From Octopus vulgaris (taxonomy: Eukaryota): a stretch of 64,000 nucleotides of DNA. Below, in pieces: positions 1 to 13,044 of the stretch. Where the stretch lies: positions 54,374,001 through 54,438,000 of the forward strand of contig OX597827.1 of the NCBI GenBank assembly GCA_951406725.2, given 5' to 3'. How positions within the stretch are numbered: position 1 is the stretch's first letter; every line of letters begins with the position of its first letter. Under the pieces are notes generated by a model that saw only the letters and a list, made by a program, of their open reading frames with translations, searched no databases and was not told where the DNA came from. Made by a program: the position numbers and the translations under genes.

Positions 1-167
1 GATTGCTTCGATCCTGTTTCTTCCATCCAGCTCTGTCTTGAGTATTGCTCTTACCTTGCGATAACATTCTTTTCTGATCTTTTCCCTCATCACTGAATAT
101 TTGATCATCATCATCATCATCATCATAATCATCACCATCATCACCATCACCATGATGATGATGATGA

Positions 168-385
168 TGTCAAGCTAGAAGAGCTGTTAGCACACCAGGC
201 AAAATGCTTAGTGGCATTTTGTCCATCTGCACAATCTGAGTTCAAATTCTGCTGAGGTTGACTTTGCCTTTCATCCTTACATGGTTAATAAATTAAGTAC
301 CAGTGAAACACTAGTGTCAATGCAAATGACTTAATCCCTTCCCCTAAATTTCAGGCCTTTTACCTTTAGTAGAAAGACTTATTAT
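168..385 (+). mobile_element. tRNA-derived SINE family A, diverged copy
   Basis: gttagcacaccaggcaaaatgcttag...gagttcaaattc (B-box-like)...ctttcatcc...taaattaagtaccag; the same module recurs dozens of times in the window. Confidence 0.75.
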
Positions 386-389
386 CATT

Positions 390-685
390 TGAGTGAGAGA
401 GTAGTACATGCCATCAAAGTGATACTGGGGTAAAATATGCAAAGCCCAATATACCTATGATGAGTACCCATCTGATAAGGGTACACAAGGTACATGCATC
501 ACAACCATATGTGCATGACATAGTGATCTCATATCAAGATAAACTGCGCATGGCCTTGCAGGTGGGGCCCAGTTAGAATTTTCTTCAGGTTGAGTAGCCC
601 ATCCCACTCAAATGGTCCTTGAATAAGGCTTGTTTAATGGTGTTGAATGAAACACCCTTGTTTCCAGAGGTGAATTATTCGAACG
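390..685. repeat. Unclassified interspersed repeat (second copy at ~40003-40470)
   Basis: gagtgagagag...catgccatcaaagtga...cccagttagaattttct...tttccagaggtg shared between the two loci. Confidence 0.7.
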
Positions 686-1306
686 CCATTTATATGTATG
701 AGCAGCACAGTCTGTAGTGAATGTGTCTTTCTATACTTTGTCACAGCCCGCTTCCTTCCATTTTAAGTGTGTCTGTTTATATATATATATATATATATAT
801 GTGTGTTATGTGTGTATGTGTAAATGCGTGTGTCTGTAATTCTATTTTCTATGCATCTTTCTAAATAAACATACACAAACATATATACACTCACTCAAAT
901 ATATAAATATACTTTACACCAACACACACACACATACATACACACACACACTAACATTCACATTCCTCCCTTTTACACGCACACACATATACTCACACAG
1001 AGTTGAAGCACTGTTTGATTTTTGTTTCACCTTTGACTTTTCACCATCTCACTTCCATTGGTGGATCAGCCCTTCCTTTCTCATTCATATGTTGTGACGC
1101 AGAAATACACAAGAGTATTATTATAGTAGAAGATACACGGCACTCTGCCACTTCCTCTTTCTCATTGCTGTTTGTTTCTCTCACGCCTTCTCAGTCATGG
1201 CTATTACTCTCACTACTTCTTCACTGAATTACTAATTTTTGTCCTCTCCCTTTACCCTTATTGCATGATTTTGGACAAATATATATATATATATACACAT
1301 ATATAT

Positions 1307-1347
<41 letters not shown>

Positions 1348-1375
1348 CATACACACACACATATATATATATAGA

Positions 1376-1550
1376 TCAGTAGCCACTACACACATTTTTT
1401 TCTCTCCTTGTTTCTTTCTGTGTTCCTTTCTGTAGAAGAGCGTAGGCTTGAAACGTAAAAGACTTTTTCAATTCCTGAGCATTATACTAATACATCTGTT
1501 TGTTTTCTACACCACCTGTATTCGTCTTTTGTTTTTTTCATGAACTCTCC

Positions 1551-1553
<3 letters not shown>
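1376..1553 (+). mobile_element. Penelope-like terminal-repeat remnant with degenerate minimal hammerhead motif (1426-1461), embedded in (TA)n
   Basis: CTTT-CTGTAGA-A-GAGC gtag GCTT-GAAAC-GTA-AAAG has hammerhead topology with an A6>U change; flanked by TA microsatellites. Confidence 0.55.
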
Positions 1554-1593
<40 letters not shown>

Positions 1594-1645
1594 TATAAAA
1601 ACACTACACTCATTATAATATAAGATTATTGTTGTTATTATCCAG

Positions 1646-1807
1646 TTGGCCCAGCTAATAGAACTGAGTGATAATCTAAAGGAGAGCGAAATCCATCTAC
1701 CATCCGTTGAAAACAAAAGCATTGTGACTTTTGTTAAAGATGTACATGATGCTACTCAAACTTTAGAATCTGTTGCTAAACATTGGATTGAGGCTTGCAG
1801 AAATGAT
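1646..1807 (+). CDS. Divergent alpha-catenin/vinculin-family protein, first visible coding exon (internal; phase 0-0)
   Basis: ttatccag acceptor, GAT|gtaagt donor, 162 nt open: LAQLIELSDNLKESEIHLPSVENKSIVTFVKDVHDATQTLESVAKHWIEACRND; amphipathic helices; in frame with the next exon. Confidence 0.8.
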
Positions 1808-2304
1808 GTAAGTACAAAGAAGATTTTTCCTTTTCTTTTCAAACTGTTGTGTACATAATTAAATTTACCAAAGAGGAAAAAGAAAATGTTATCCTTGAAA
1901 ACTTTGTCTTTTACATGTTCCAGTTGTCAGACTACAGCCATGCAGGGCACCACCCTAAAGAATTTTAGTTGAATGAATTGACCCCCAGAACTTATAATTT
2001 TTTTTCTTTTTTTGAGTTTGGTATTTATTCTATTGCTCTCCTTGGTTGAACTGCTAAGTTATGGGGGATGTAGGCACACCAACATGGTTGTCAAGCAGTG
2101 GTGGGGGACAAACACAGACACAAAGACACACACATAGATACATATATTTACATAAATGTATATATATATATACATTTATGTATATATTATATATTTATAT
2201 ATGTAATTTAAAATGAGGGTGAGAAATTAGATATTAATTTAATTAACATCAATTTTACACCAGTTGTCTAGCATATAAAAATCTGAAGGTTCAGTAAATT
2301 GTAT

Positions 2305-2534
2305 TATATACATATGAGAGGGCTGACCAGTATGTGGACAACCCTTATGCTAGAAGTAGATCTGCTATGGTCTTACCACTAAGAAATGTTCTCAAGAAAA
2401 ATTTAGTAAACACCAGAAAATTCTGGTGTTTACTAAATTTTTCTTGAGAACATTTCTTAGTGGTAAGACCATAGCGGATCTACTTCTAGCATAAGGGTTG
2501 TCCACATAGTGGTCATCCCTCTCATATGTATATA
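2305..2534. repeat. Near-perfect 114-bp-arm inverted repeat (fold-back)
   Basis: arms symmetric about CACCAGAA-AA-TTCTGGTG (centre 2419-2420); 3 mismatches seen. Confidence 0.95.
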
Positions 2535-2564
2535 TGTAAACATATATAAGTGTTTGTCACAAAA

Positions 2565-2910
2565 AATCAAAAATCAAAATCAGAATCAAATTCAGGATCG
2601 AAATCAAAATGGAAATTGTAGTTGTGACTGATGCCAGTGCCGCCTGACTGGCACCCATGCTGGTGGCATGTATTAAACACCATTGAAGCGTGGGTCAATA
2701 CCAGTGGCGCCTGACTGACTCCCATGCCCGTGACACATAAAAAGCACCCACTACATTCTCAGAGTCTTTGGCATTAAGAAGGGCATCCAGCTGTAGAAAC
2801 CTTGCCAGGTTAGATTGGAGTGTGGTGCAGCCTTCTGGCTTGGCAGTCCCCAACCAAACCGTCCAACCCATGCCAGCATGGAAAACAGACGTTAAACAAT
2901 GATGATGATC
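2565..2910 (+). mobile_element. RTE-associated 3' module with (GAT)n tail
   Basis: (AAATC)n lead-in, ggcattaagaagggcatccagctgtagaaac...aacccatgccagcatggaaaacagacgttaaac, then gatgatgat. Confidence 0.75.
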
Positions 2911-3489
2911 TTGATGATATGTGTGTATGTGTTGTGTGTCACTGGCATGAGTGCCTTTTACATGTCACTGGCATGGATGCTGTTTATGTGTCATCAGCCC
3001 AGCTGCCTTTTATGTGCCACTGGTACTAGCTATGGCTACAATTTTACTTGGCTTGTTGTGTCTTCTCAAGTGCAGCAAATCATCCAAAGTCTCAATCACT
3101 GCTCATTGCCTTCCTGTATCTACCTCTTCCATAGGTTTCATCTACAGTTAGAGATTGGCACCTCTTTATGCAGGCAGTTATCCCCATCTATAAGCATCAC
3201 ATGACCATACCAGTGCAGTCTTCTCTCTTGCACACTACATCTGATTCCTCTAACATCATAACATATTGCTTCAACTTTACCCAATATCTTCTTTAACTCT
3301 TTCAGTGCCATGTTTCTGTTGAAATACACTGCCTCAGCTTCAGAAATTTCTATCTCAGAACCTTAGGTTTATTGTAGATAACTTCCATTATTAGCTCAAG
3401 TACTTTTCCCAATCAGCTCATTTGTGCTCGGTTTATCCATGGACTGATGTTGCTCACCCAAAAGATCAGAATTAACTTGTTTTTTAATC

Positions 3490-3627
3490 TGTTGTGTCTG
3501 GGGAGAGTCGTTTTCTTTTTGTGCCTTATAATGTAACACACTCACCGGTAAAATTTCCACTTATTCCTTATTTTTATTTTCCTAAAATTTTCGTTGCGTC
3601 TTGCAACCTTTTCAATAGTCTCGACTC
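3490..3627 (-). mobile_element. Short Penelope-like element with hammerhead-like motif (3582-3618)
   Basis: near-identical to 32466-32620; minus strand reads CTA-TTGAAAA-G-GTTGC aagac GCAAC-GAAAATTT-TAG. Confidence 0.6.
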
Positions 3628-5134
3628 TGTCCGTTATTTACACTGTTCTTTCATAGCTTCTATAAATCTTCTATATTCTCATGATTTGTTTTTGCAGCAA
3701 GAGAGAAATAGCTTGATACCAAACATAGGCAACAGTTCCTTGTAATTCTATCCAGACTATCTTACTTCTGCTTATATTCTTTCATTTCTCTATAATGCTG
3801 TTAATTAGTAAGCAAAAAAAAAATAATAATAATAAAATCCTTTCTAGCCAGCTGATTTTGCAGTTATCTCACTAGAAGGCATGTGGTTTAGTGGCTAAGG
3901 TATTCAATTAACAATTGTAATGTTGTGTGCCTGATTCCCAACAGCATGTTGTGTCCTGAGCAAGAAACTTCATTTCACATTGCTCCGGTTCACTCATTTG
4001 GCAAAAATGACTTGTACCTGTAGTTCAAAGGGTCAGCCTTGTCACATTTTGTGTTATGCTGAATCTCCCTGAGAATGATATTAAGGGTATACATGTCTGT
4101 GGAGTGCTCAACCACTTGCATGTTAATTGCATGTTGATCAGATAAACTGGAATTCTCATCGTCATAAGTGATGGAGGGCCATTTTTTTTTATCTCACTAA
4201 AAATTTGGCAACTCTGACAGTCCAATCCAATTCTCTCTTCTCCTACCTTTTCTATAGCTCTGTCGAATACTTTCACAACATGATTTGCCATCAGTTTGAG
4301 GCTTCTGTAATTAACTAGCAGTTTATAATTAGTCCTATTCTCTCAGTTAATTGAGATTACTTACCAACTAAATTAAACCTAATTTATTTAATCCTCCTGT
4401 TCCATGCACAATGTTGCTCATTATTGGGTCAGTCTTTCTAAAGGCAACTGGTATGGTCATCAACTATCTCCTCTCTGTGTCTGCTCTGATTTCTTCTTCC
4501 TTTCAGTGTCCTAGTTGTCACCAAGTGCTCAAGGTTTTGTTTTTCTCATAGTGTCCAGTGTTGTTAGTTTGTTGTCTCCCTTTGTTGTTGGGAAACTTTT
4601 TGGTCTTTACTCGATTTGTTTCACTCTATCTGTATAGGATACCTTTTGCATTCTCCTAAAGGACCATATCCCTGCAACTTAATGGAATGACCTTGTTTCC
4701 AAGTTAGTCCATTAATTCTTACACTGCGTATTGGTGAGGTTTTCTTGTTTTTTTTTGTTTTTTTTTAAACTGTTAAGACTTCGACTCATTTTACTCTTGT
4801 TATTTATAATGGTTTACCATTTAAGTACAAGGCCAGCACTGTTGATGGGAGGTGCTTGTTGAAACCATTGACCTCATTACTTGACTGGTACATTATTTTA
4901 TAAACTCTGAAAGGGTGAAAGACAAATTTCACTTTTGCAGGATTTGAACTCAGAACATAAAAAGAACCAGAAGAAATACTACCAGGCATTTTTTTCTGTT
5001 CTAATGTTTCTGCCAGTCACCATGTTCTTCTCATCATTAATAATACTAACTAATATGTGTAGATCTTTAACTGTTGTTGCTGTAAGACTATGTTATTTGC
5101 ATAAAGGTTATTGTTAATATTCTATCCTGCTAAG

Positions 5135-5370
5135 ACGTCGAGCTGGCAGAAACATTAGCATGCTGGGCGAAATGCTTAGCGGTATTTCATTTGCTGCTAT
5201 GTTCTGAGTTCAAATTCCGCCGAGGTCGACTTTGCCTTTCATCCTTCCGGGGTCGATAAATTAAGTACCAGTTACGCACTGAGGTCGATGTAATCGACTT
5301 AATCCCTTTGTCTATCCTTGTTTGTCCCCTCTATGTTTAGCCCCCTGTGGGCAATAAAGAAATAAGAAAC
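5135..5370 (+). mobile_element. tRNA-derived SINE family A, young copy
   Basis: nearly identical to copies at 7301-7533(+), 13045-13275(-), 45988-46218(+), 54640-54868(-); ends taaagaaata. Confidence 0.85.
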
Positions 5371-7300
5371 ATTAGCATGCTGTATACTTGGTAGATATTC
5401 AATAGATCACATAATTATTTTACTGTACAATGAAAATGGGTCTTGTGTTAATACCAAACATCCTTGCCAAACTCCTCTCATGATTCCAGGTTTGTTCTAT
5501 TTCATCTTTAAGTCTGATTGCTGCTGTTTTTTGCCAATATGTACTTCAGAGTGACATGGCGAGCTGGCAGAATTGTTAACACGCCAAGCAAAATGCTTAG
5601 TAGCACTTCATCTGTCTTTATGTTCTGAGTTCAAATTCTGCCAAAGTCAAGTTTGCCTTTCATCCTTTCAGAGTCAATAAAATAAGTATCAGTTGAACAA
5701 TGGGGTTGATGTAATCAACTTACCTCTGCCTCCAAAATTGCTGACTTTTTGCCAAAATTGGAAATACAATATATATATATATATATGGTTCAGATTATTT
5801 GTAAGGCCATTGTGTCTAGATTTACTGGGTGGTCAGGCTAAATTTGTCAGTTTGCAAAAGAGGATTAGAAAGTACAATATCCCATACAAAAATAAAAGTA
5901 TTTTTTAAAGAATCAAAAAGTATCGACTAACTTTTGGCTGAGAGATAACAGTTTACTCAGAGAAGCTACCCTCAGCTTCCACCACAGCATCAAGATGGCT
6001 CCAAAATCCAGCACATGCATTCCTTACTTTTCAAGGAGGTATCTCTCAGATCTTTTCAAAGAGGAGGCGGTGAATTTTGGCGTGTGGATGCAGTCAGGAT
6101 GCCTGCTGTGTCGTAGTCTCTGTTGCTACTTTCTATGTCATGTCTTACTGTCTTTTCAGTGTTGACAGAGCACTGAGAAGTAGTGGTACAAGACCTGTAT
6201 TTATAAAGCAATGATATATAAATACAGACCTTGTACTTCCATTGTCCATTCAATGATGTACACAGCATCAACTGTACACAGAATGTACACAGCATTAACT
6301 GTTCCTTTCTCTTTAACAAGTCAATACTGTGTTTCTATTTCTAATATTTCTCATTCAGAATCTAAATGTCAGGACAAGTAACAATATATTTGTAATGTAA
6401 CCCATAAAGCTGGTGGTTTTCTATAACTCGCATCCTATTGCCCCAGTTTTTTTTTTTTTTTTTGGAAAGTGCTTTATAGATTAATTTGAATATTCCTTCT
6501 AACCTTCATCAGAGAGACTTATTTTGTCAATTCCAAAGTCTTCTAATACCTCAATCATCACTGTAAGGATATTATCTGGTCCAGTGCGTGTCTTTCACTA
6601 TCCTATACATATTCATTCTTTAACAACCTTTTGTAATAACTTTCACACTTTTTTATTTCTCCTTCCACTGTAGGCATATACAGCAGTGTGGCTTTGAATA
6701 TATTTATTTTCAATGACATCCTGATTCATACAAACAATTTATCTTGCAACTATTCCAATACTTCATGTGACTCATCCTCATTAGTAAATCTCTCGCTCCC
6801 AGCTTCTCCCCATAGATAACCTAACATCGCATTTACTACATATTTTTTTTGGTATTGTTTCCTGCTATACTACCTGTTCTTTTTTTTTTTTTATTCTTCC
6901 TAGAGATACTGATTATTTGATGTGGGCTTATTATCTATCATACAATTCCACCATCACTATGTCAGTTTCTAAGCAGATGCCTTGTTCAGTCACAGAGCTA
7001 GTCAGTGGCTTAAAACAGGTTATCTCTCAAGATTCTCTATTACATTCAACAAGGCCTGCTAGCAGTTCAATCAATAATGTACCAGACAACCAGCAATTCA
7101 TATTCTGTCCTTTGCCTTATTTCCATTACCAAGTTACTTAGTTTTCAATGACCAATTCCACTTGTCTTTAACTTGTATCCTTCACAGATACAAGTATTAT
7201 TCTTGTTTATGCAGTATGGTATGATTTTAGGGAGAGTTGGTTACTTTTTCTAGCAGGCCAAGTGCCTGTATATAGTAGGTAAGGGCAATATAGTAGGTAA

Positions 7301-7533
7301 AGGCAGCGAGCTGGCAGAAACGTTAGCACGCCGGGTGAAATGCTTAGCGGTATTTTGTCTGCCATTATGTTGTGAATTCAAATTCCGCCGAGGTCGACTT
7401 TGCCTTTCATTCCTTTCGGGGTCGATAAATTAAGTACCAGTTACGCACTGGGGTCGATGTAATCGACTTAATACCTATGTCTGTCCTTGTTTGTCCCCTC
7501 TGTGTTTAGCCCCTTGTGGGTAATAAAGAAATA
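7301..7533 (+). mobile_element. tRNA-derived SINE family A, young copy
   Basis: ggcagcgagctggcagaaacgttagcacgccggg...ggggtcgataaattaagtaccag; taggtaagggcaa repeated on both sides (TSD-like). Confidence 0.85.
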
Positions 7534-8249
7534 GGTAAGGGCAACTTTTTTTGAGAAGCAGGCTGCATGAGATATGACTCATAATTAGGTAAGCCACACT
7601 ACAAAAGAAATTCAAGGTGGTTTTTACATTTGGCAAACCATTTCAGAAAGTCCTAAGGAGTGCAGTTTGTCTATGACTGGTTATATGATCCCTCATTGGC
7701 TTGTGTGGTTCATAAAAGGCACCTGTGCCATTCACACATAAAAGGCACCCATGCTGGTGATACATAACTACATAACAGACACCTACTATACTCTGTGGAC
7801 TGGTTGGCATTAGAAAGGGCATCTAGGTGTAGGAACCAAGCCAAAACAGACTGGAGCCTGGTGCAGCTCTCTGGCTTAACGGTTCCAGTCAAACCATTTT
7901 ACCCAGGCTAGCATGGAAAATGGATGCTAAATGATGATAATCATGATCATGATCATCATTATGATAATGATGCTTGTATGTGTGTGTGTGTGTATGTATA
8001 TGTAAGTATGTATGTATATGTTTGTATATACACTGGTGAAAATAAATTTAAGACCGATGATAAAAGTTCTATTTCTTACAAATTATTTTCATCTTTTACA
8101 CCTTATGCAGAATTTATTTCTCTTTCGAATGATGCAGACAATAACTATTTTTATACAACTTGAAGAATTCTCATGCTAAATTAATATAAACGTTTCAAAT
8201 TTACCGGCAAAATTAGTTTATGACCATGTAATATGTATGCAAATTGTTT

Positions 8250-8612
8250 TGATGTACTTGACTCAATAGGTCTCCTGAAGCACAGCAGGTCGCCCTACAA
8301 TCCAAGGTACTTTTGAAACAGCTGGGGCTGGTTATGCGAAACAGGTGTAGGATAAAGCAATGAGCTCACTTTATTTGCCACATCTTCGCAGTCACAGTAT
8401 ATCTCCAGAGGTCTCAGTCTTTTGGCATTGCCTCTGTGAGGCACAACGTTCAAAGGTCATGCTTCACTACCTCATCCCATGTCTTCTTGGGTCTACCTCT
8501 ACCCTAGATTCCTTCAACTGTTTGGAAGTGGCACTTCGTCACACAGCTCTCCTCGTTCATCTGTAGTACATGACCACACCAGCGCAAACATTTCTCTTGC
8601 ATACCACATCCG
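8250..8612 (-). mobile_element. RTE LINE 3' fragment
   Basis: minus strand encodes LRWCGHVLQMNEESCVTKC...VEG.*GRGRPKKTWDEVVKHDL, typical RTE C-terminus. Confidence 0.8.
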
Positions 8613-8705
8613 ATATATATATATACATATATATATGTGTATATATTCATATATATGTGTGTGTGTGTAAATGTATATATACATACAAACATATCATACA
8701 TATAT

Positions 8706-9090
8706 ATCATCATCATCATCATTTAGCATCCGCTTTCCATGGTAGCATGGGTTGGACTGTTCAACTGGGGTCTGGGAAGCCAGAAGGCTGCATCAGGCCC
8801 AGTCTGATCTGGCAGTGTTTCTATGGCTGGATGCCCTTCCTAACGCCAACCACTCCGTGAGTGTAGTGGGTGCTTTTTATGTGCCACCCGCACAAGTGTC
8901 AGATGGGGCTGGCAAACGGCCACGGACGGATGGTGCTTTTTACATGCCACCGGTACGGGGGCCAGGCGAGACTGGCAACGGCCACGAACAGATGGTGCTT
9001 TTTACGTGCCACCGGCACGGAGGCCAGTCGGCGCGGCACTGGCAACGGCCACGATCGGATGGTTTGCTAACTTGTCACCGGCACTGGCAT
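8706..9090 (-). mobile_element. RTE-associated 3' module with internal ~59-bp tandem units
   Basis: (CAT)n tail at left, ctggatgcccttcctaacgccaaccactcc core, three gtgccacc...ggatggtgctttttac units. Confidence 0.8.
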
Positions 9091-9742
9091 ATAGGATGTT
9101 TTTCTTCTGCTAAATATTGTTTTAAAAGCAGTTTATGTGGATGGGAAGCAAACTTCTTATCACACAGCTACACCTTCAACTTTGTCATTATACATGATGA
9201 AATTTATTGAGATCTGTCATCACTAAATATAGATTTTTTTGTTGCTGTTTACATTATTCTTCATTATCATCATTATTACACTAACGTCTACTTTCCCTTG
9301 CTGGCATATGAAATATACTTACCATATCAGTTAATAATTCAGTTATCAATTCACTTTTGATTTATTTATAACTGATTTGATATTTTATTCATCTCATGGG
9401 GATTGCATCCAAGCAGAAATAAATTCTCAATGTGTTGTGCCTGAGATCTAGTTTGATTCCCAGTTGTTGCTAATTCACACTACATATGTTGCTAATAAAT
9501 TTTTCAATCAAGTGTGAATGCCACAGTTTCATTTCCATTCTCCTATTGATACACTAAACACAGTGTGTATGCAAGAAATTTAGACTTTTATTTATTTTTT
9601 TTTTATCAGAGGTGGGAAATAGTCAGTTCAACTTCTTGGAATCAATAGTTATGGAAGTCCCATGTCACCATATCATTTTCATTTGAAGTTTTTTGGGTAA
9701 CTCGGCATTGTAAGATAGTGAAGCGTTATTCAACTGTACAGC

Positions 9743-10422
9743 TTAACCCTTTATCATTCAGATTACTCTGTCCAACGTAATGCTTATTCTTTCACGTTGT
9801 TTTGAATTTATCATGCATTATTGTGTGGCATTGAGATTTTGATGAAGTGATTGTGTATTTTCAGAGTGACGTTGTAGGATAGGTGTGAGAGGCTAGATCT
9901 GAGCAGTTTGAACACAAAACAGATAGAATATTTTGGCCAGAACCAAATTCGATGACTGGCACCCGTGCCAATGGAGCGCTAACAGCTCCATCAGAGTGGG
10001 ATCACTGCTAGAGCAGCTGTCTGGCTTCCGTGCCGGTGGCATGTAAAAAGAACCATTTGAACGTGATCATTACCAGTGTCGCCTTACTGGCACGTGAACA
10101 AAACATTCGAGCGAGGTCATTGCCAGTGCCACTGGACTGACTCCTGTGCAGGTGGCACATAAAAAACATCATTTTGAGCGTGGCTGTTGCCAGTACTGCC
10201 AGACTGCCCCTTGTGCTGGTGGCACGTAAAAGCACCCACTACACTCTTGGAGTGGTTGGCATTAGGAAGGGTATCCAGCTGTAGAAACTCTGCCAGATCA
10301 GACTGGAGCTTGGTGCAGTCATCTGGTTTGCCAGTCCTCAGTCAAATTGTCCAACCCATACTAGCATGGAAAGCGGACGTTAAATGATGAGGATGATGGC
10401 CAATTTAAATGCTAAAGAATTA
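9743..10422. mobile_element. piggyBac-like MITE interrupted by an RTE 3' module (~9940-10397)
   Basis: TTAA-CCCTTTATCATT left end and AATGCTAAAGAA-TTAA right end; body shared with 21740-21950, 23648-23875, 48677-49458. Confidence 0.65.
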
Positions 10423-10544
10423 AAGAACAGTGGAAAACAGTGAGAAAAATTAACTTATTAGTTTAAAGCATGATTTTTAAAAAATTAAGCTGACTTAAAC
10501 AACATTATTTTTATAGAATGTCTTGTTTGGTTTTCTTTTAACAG

Positions 10545-10700
10545 TCACTGAAAACTCAAATGTCCCAAGCCTGTGAACAATTGCAGGATGCCAGTAATGG
10601 AATTTATAGAACTATGAATCAACTGGAGCATGATGCAAGCAGTGGCATGTGCAAACAGTTAATTAATGCTTCCAAAGAAGTACTGCAACAGACATTTCAG
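10545..10700 (+). CDS. alpha-catenin/vinculin-like gene, exon 2 of window (phase 0-0)
   Basis: ttttcttttaacag acceptor, CAG|gtatac donor, 156 nt: SLKTQMSQACEQLQDASNGIYRTMNQLEHDASSGMCKQLINASKEVLQQTFQ. Confidence 0.85.
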
Positions 10701-12270
10701 GTATACACCTTTGCATTTTTGTTTGTACATTTAAGGACTTCATTTTCTAACAGCTCCTCCTTTTTAAAATGGTAGGGAGATAAGCAGTTCTTTGTTGCAA
10801 ATTGAGTGACCACAGACCACATAGAGTTTTCCTGATGTGTTAGTGTGGATTATTTAAGGTATGAAGAGAATTTAGTTGTGAGACCTCTTGTGTTATATGT
10901 ATTATTTTTGTACTAAGATGTATTGTGTCAATGATAGTTGTTGGGAGTTTATTAAAGTGTTATAGTTCAGGTGTGTATCTTGGTGGAATATCAGAGTAAT
11001 GTTGAGTCAATAACTAACTGGAACTCCGTCAGTTATAACAATGAGGGTTCCAGTTGATCCAATCAGTGGATCAGCCTGCTCATGACATTAAAGTGCAAAG
11101 TGGCTGAGCACACTACAGACACACATATCCTTAATGTAAATTCTCAAGGAGGTTCAGTGTGACACAGAGGGTGACAAGGCTGGCCCCTTTGAAATATAGG
11201 TACAACTCATTTTTGCCAACTGAATAGACTGGAGAAATGTGAAACAAAGTGTCTTGCTCAAGGACACAGAATGCAGCCAGGAATTAGCTCATGATCGTTG
11301 AATCAATGTGGAACCACAAACCAATGAAGAGACCACATGTGAACAAGGAAGTCAAAGTTTACATAATCATTTGACTGGCCAGAAATAGCAGTCAAATTCC
11401 ATACTGTCAACATAAAATGATGAATTCCTTCAAATTCTATACTGTCAATATACAATGATAAATGGGTAGAATAACCTAGTGAGGATGGTCATGGCTGGAA
11501 CATTGGTTAAACAGCAAAAATTTAACATAGAAATATACAGACCAGCACATTATTGGGAAAGCAAGCATCCTTAATAACATGCAATATTTATGAGACTTGT
11601 ACATGTCTTACAAAACAAGGGAGTTGTTATTGATGTATAGTCCTATTCTGTTCTTCATCAGTAGAATTATTTGAAAGAATTAATGTTATTGTTAGGTATG
11701 TGGTGGCACAGGCAGGTTTAGAGATTATGTTTTTGGTAACAAGGGAGAAATACAAAAATAAAGGAATTTCTAACATTGACACAAGGCCTGAAAATTTTGG
11801 GGAGTGGATTTTTTTTTTTTTTTTGTTGATTATTGTTTTACTTCAGTGCTTCCCTGTGCTTGAACCAATGATAGCAACCTCTTTGTAGATTACCAGCTTG
11901 TTAAAAATAGCAGTCTAGCATTCCTCAAATCAAACTCTGCCATCTTAAAAAAGGAAGCACACACTGGACATTATTGTCATTGATACACTATGTTTGCAAA
12001 AGACAAAAAAAAAAGAAAAAAAAAAAGAAAACAGGATGGGCAAGACTGGAAAGTTCTACTTGATCAGGGTTAATTAGAGCAGTGGTTCTCAACTAGGGTC
12101 CATATGGCCCTTGGGGTTCTATATAAGATTTTGTTATTAAAATTTGTCTGCAATAGGCATGGCACCTTGGGCAAGTGTCTTCTACTATAGCTTCGGGCTG
12201 ACCAAAGCCTTGTGAGTGGATTTAGTAGACGGAAACTGAAAGAAGCCCATCGTATATATATGTGTGTGTG

Positions 12271-12320
<50 letters not shown>

Positions 12321-12499
12321 GAAATGAAGAAAATGCTGACAAAATAATTTAAGTAAGGGAGAGTGTATTTAATTAGGTGAAAGTTCTTTTTACCAGTTGC
12401 GCATTTGTTATGCTTATCAAAAGATATTTTTTTAAGAGCAGATAGAGTTCCTTTCTGATAGATTTTTTTCTCTTATATATATATATAACCAAGTTAACT

Positions 12500-12815
12500 G
12501 CTCACAATCAACAAGGATCCATCACCAACATCAGCAGAGATTTCATCAGTCAAGTTGATGATTTCATGTACCTTGGTTCTGAGATGGCCTCAACTGAAAA
12601 GAATGTAAAAACTCTGACAACCAAAGCATGTTTAGCCCTAGATAAACTGGATGTTGGCTGGAAATCAACTTTGTCAGATGATCTTAAGAGGAATTTTTTC
12701 CGTGCAACAGTAGAATCAATCTTTTTATATAGAGTAACAGCCTGAACACTTACCAGAAAACTGAGATCCACACTAAATCCAACTTGTACCCAAATGTTAA
12801 GAGCAGTCTTAACAA
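12500..12815 (+). mobile_element. Decayed RTE-like reverse transcriptase C-terminal fragment
   Basis: QVDDFMYLGS...KRNFFRATVESIFLY...*TLT...QMLRAVL with stops and frameshifts. Confidence 0.65.
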
Positions 12816-12818
12816 GCA

Positions 12819-12852
<34 letters not shown>

Positions 12853-12873
12853 TAGCTCTGAGATTTGTCAGTG

Positions 12874-12922
<49 letters not shown>

Positions 12923-13044
12923 GCTTCTTTCAGTTTCCATCTACCAAATCCACTCAATGAGGCTGTTGTATAAAACACTTGCCCCAAGTGCCATGTAGTA
13001 GGACTGAACCTGGAATATATGGTTCAAAAACAAAATTTTTACCT

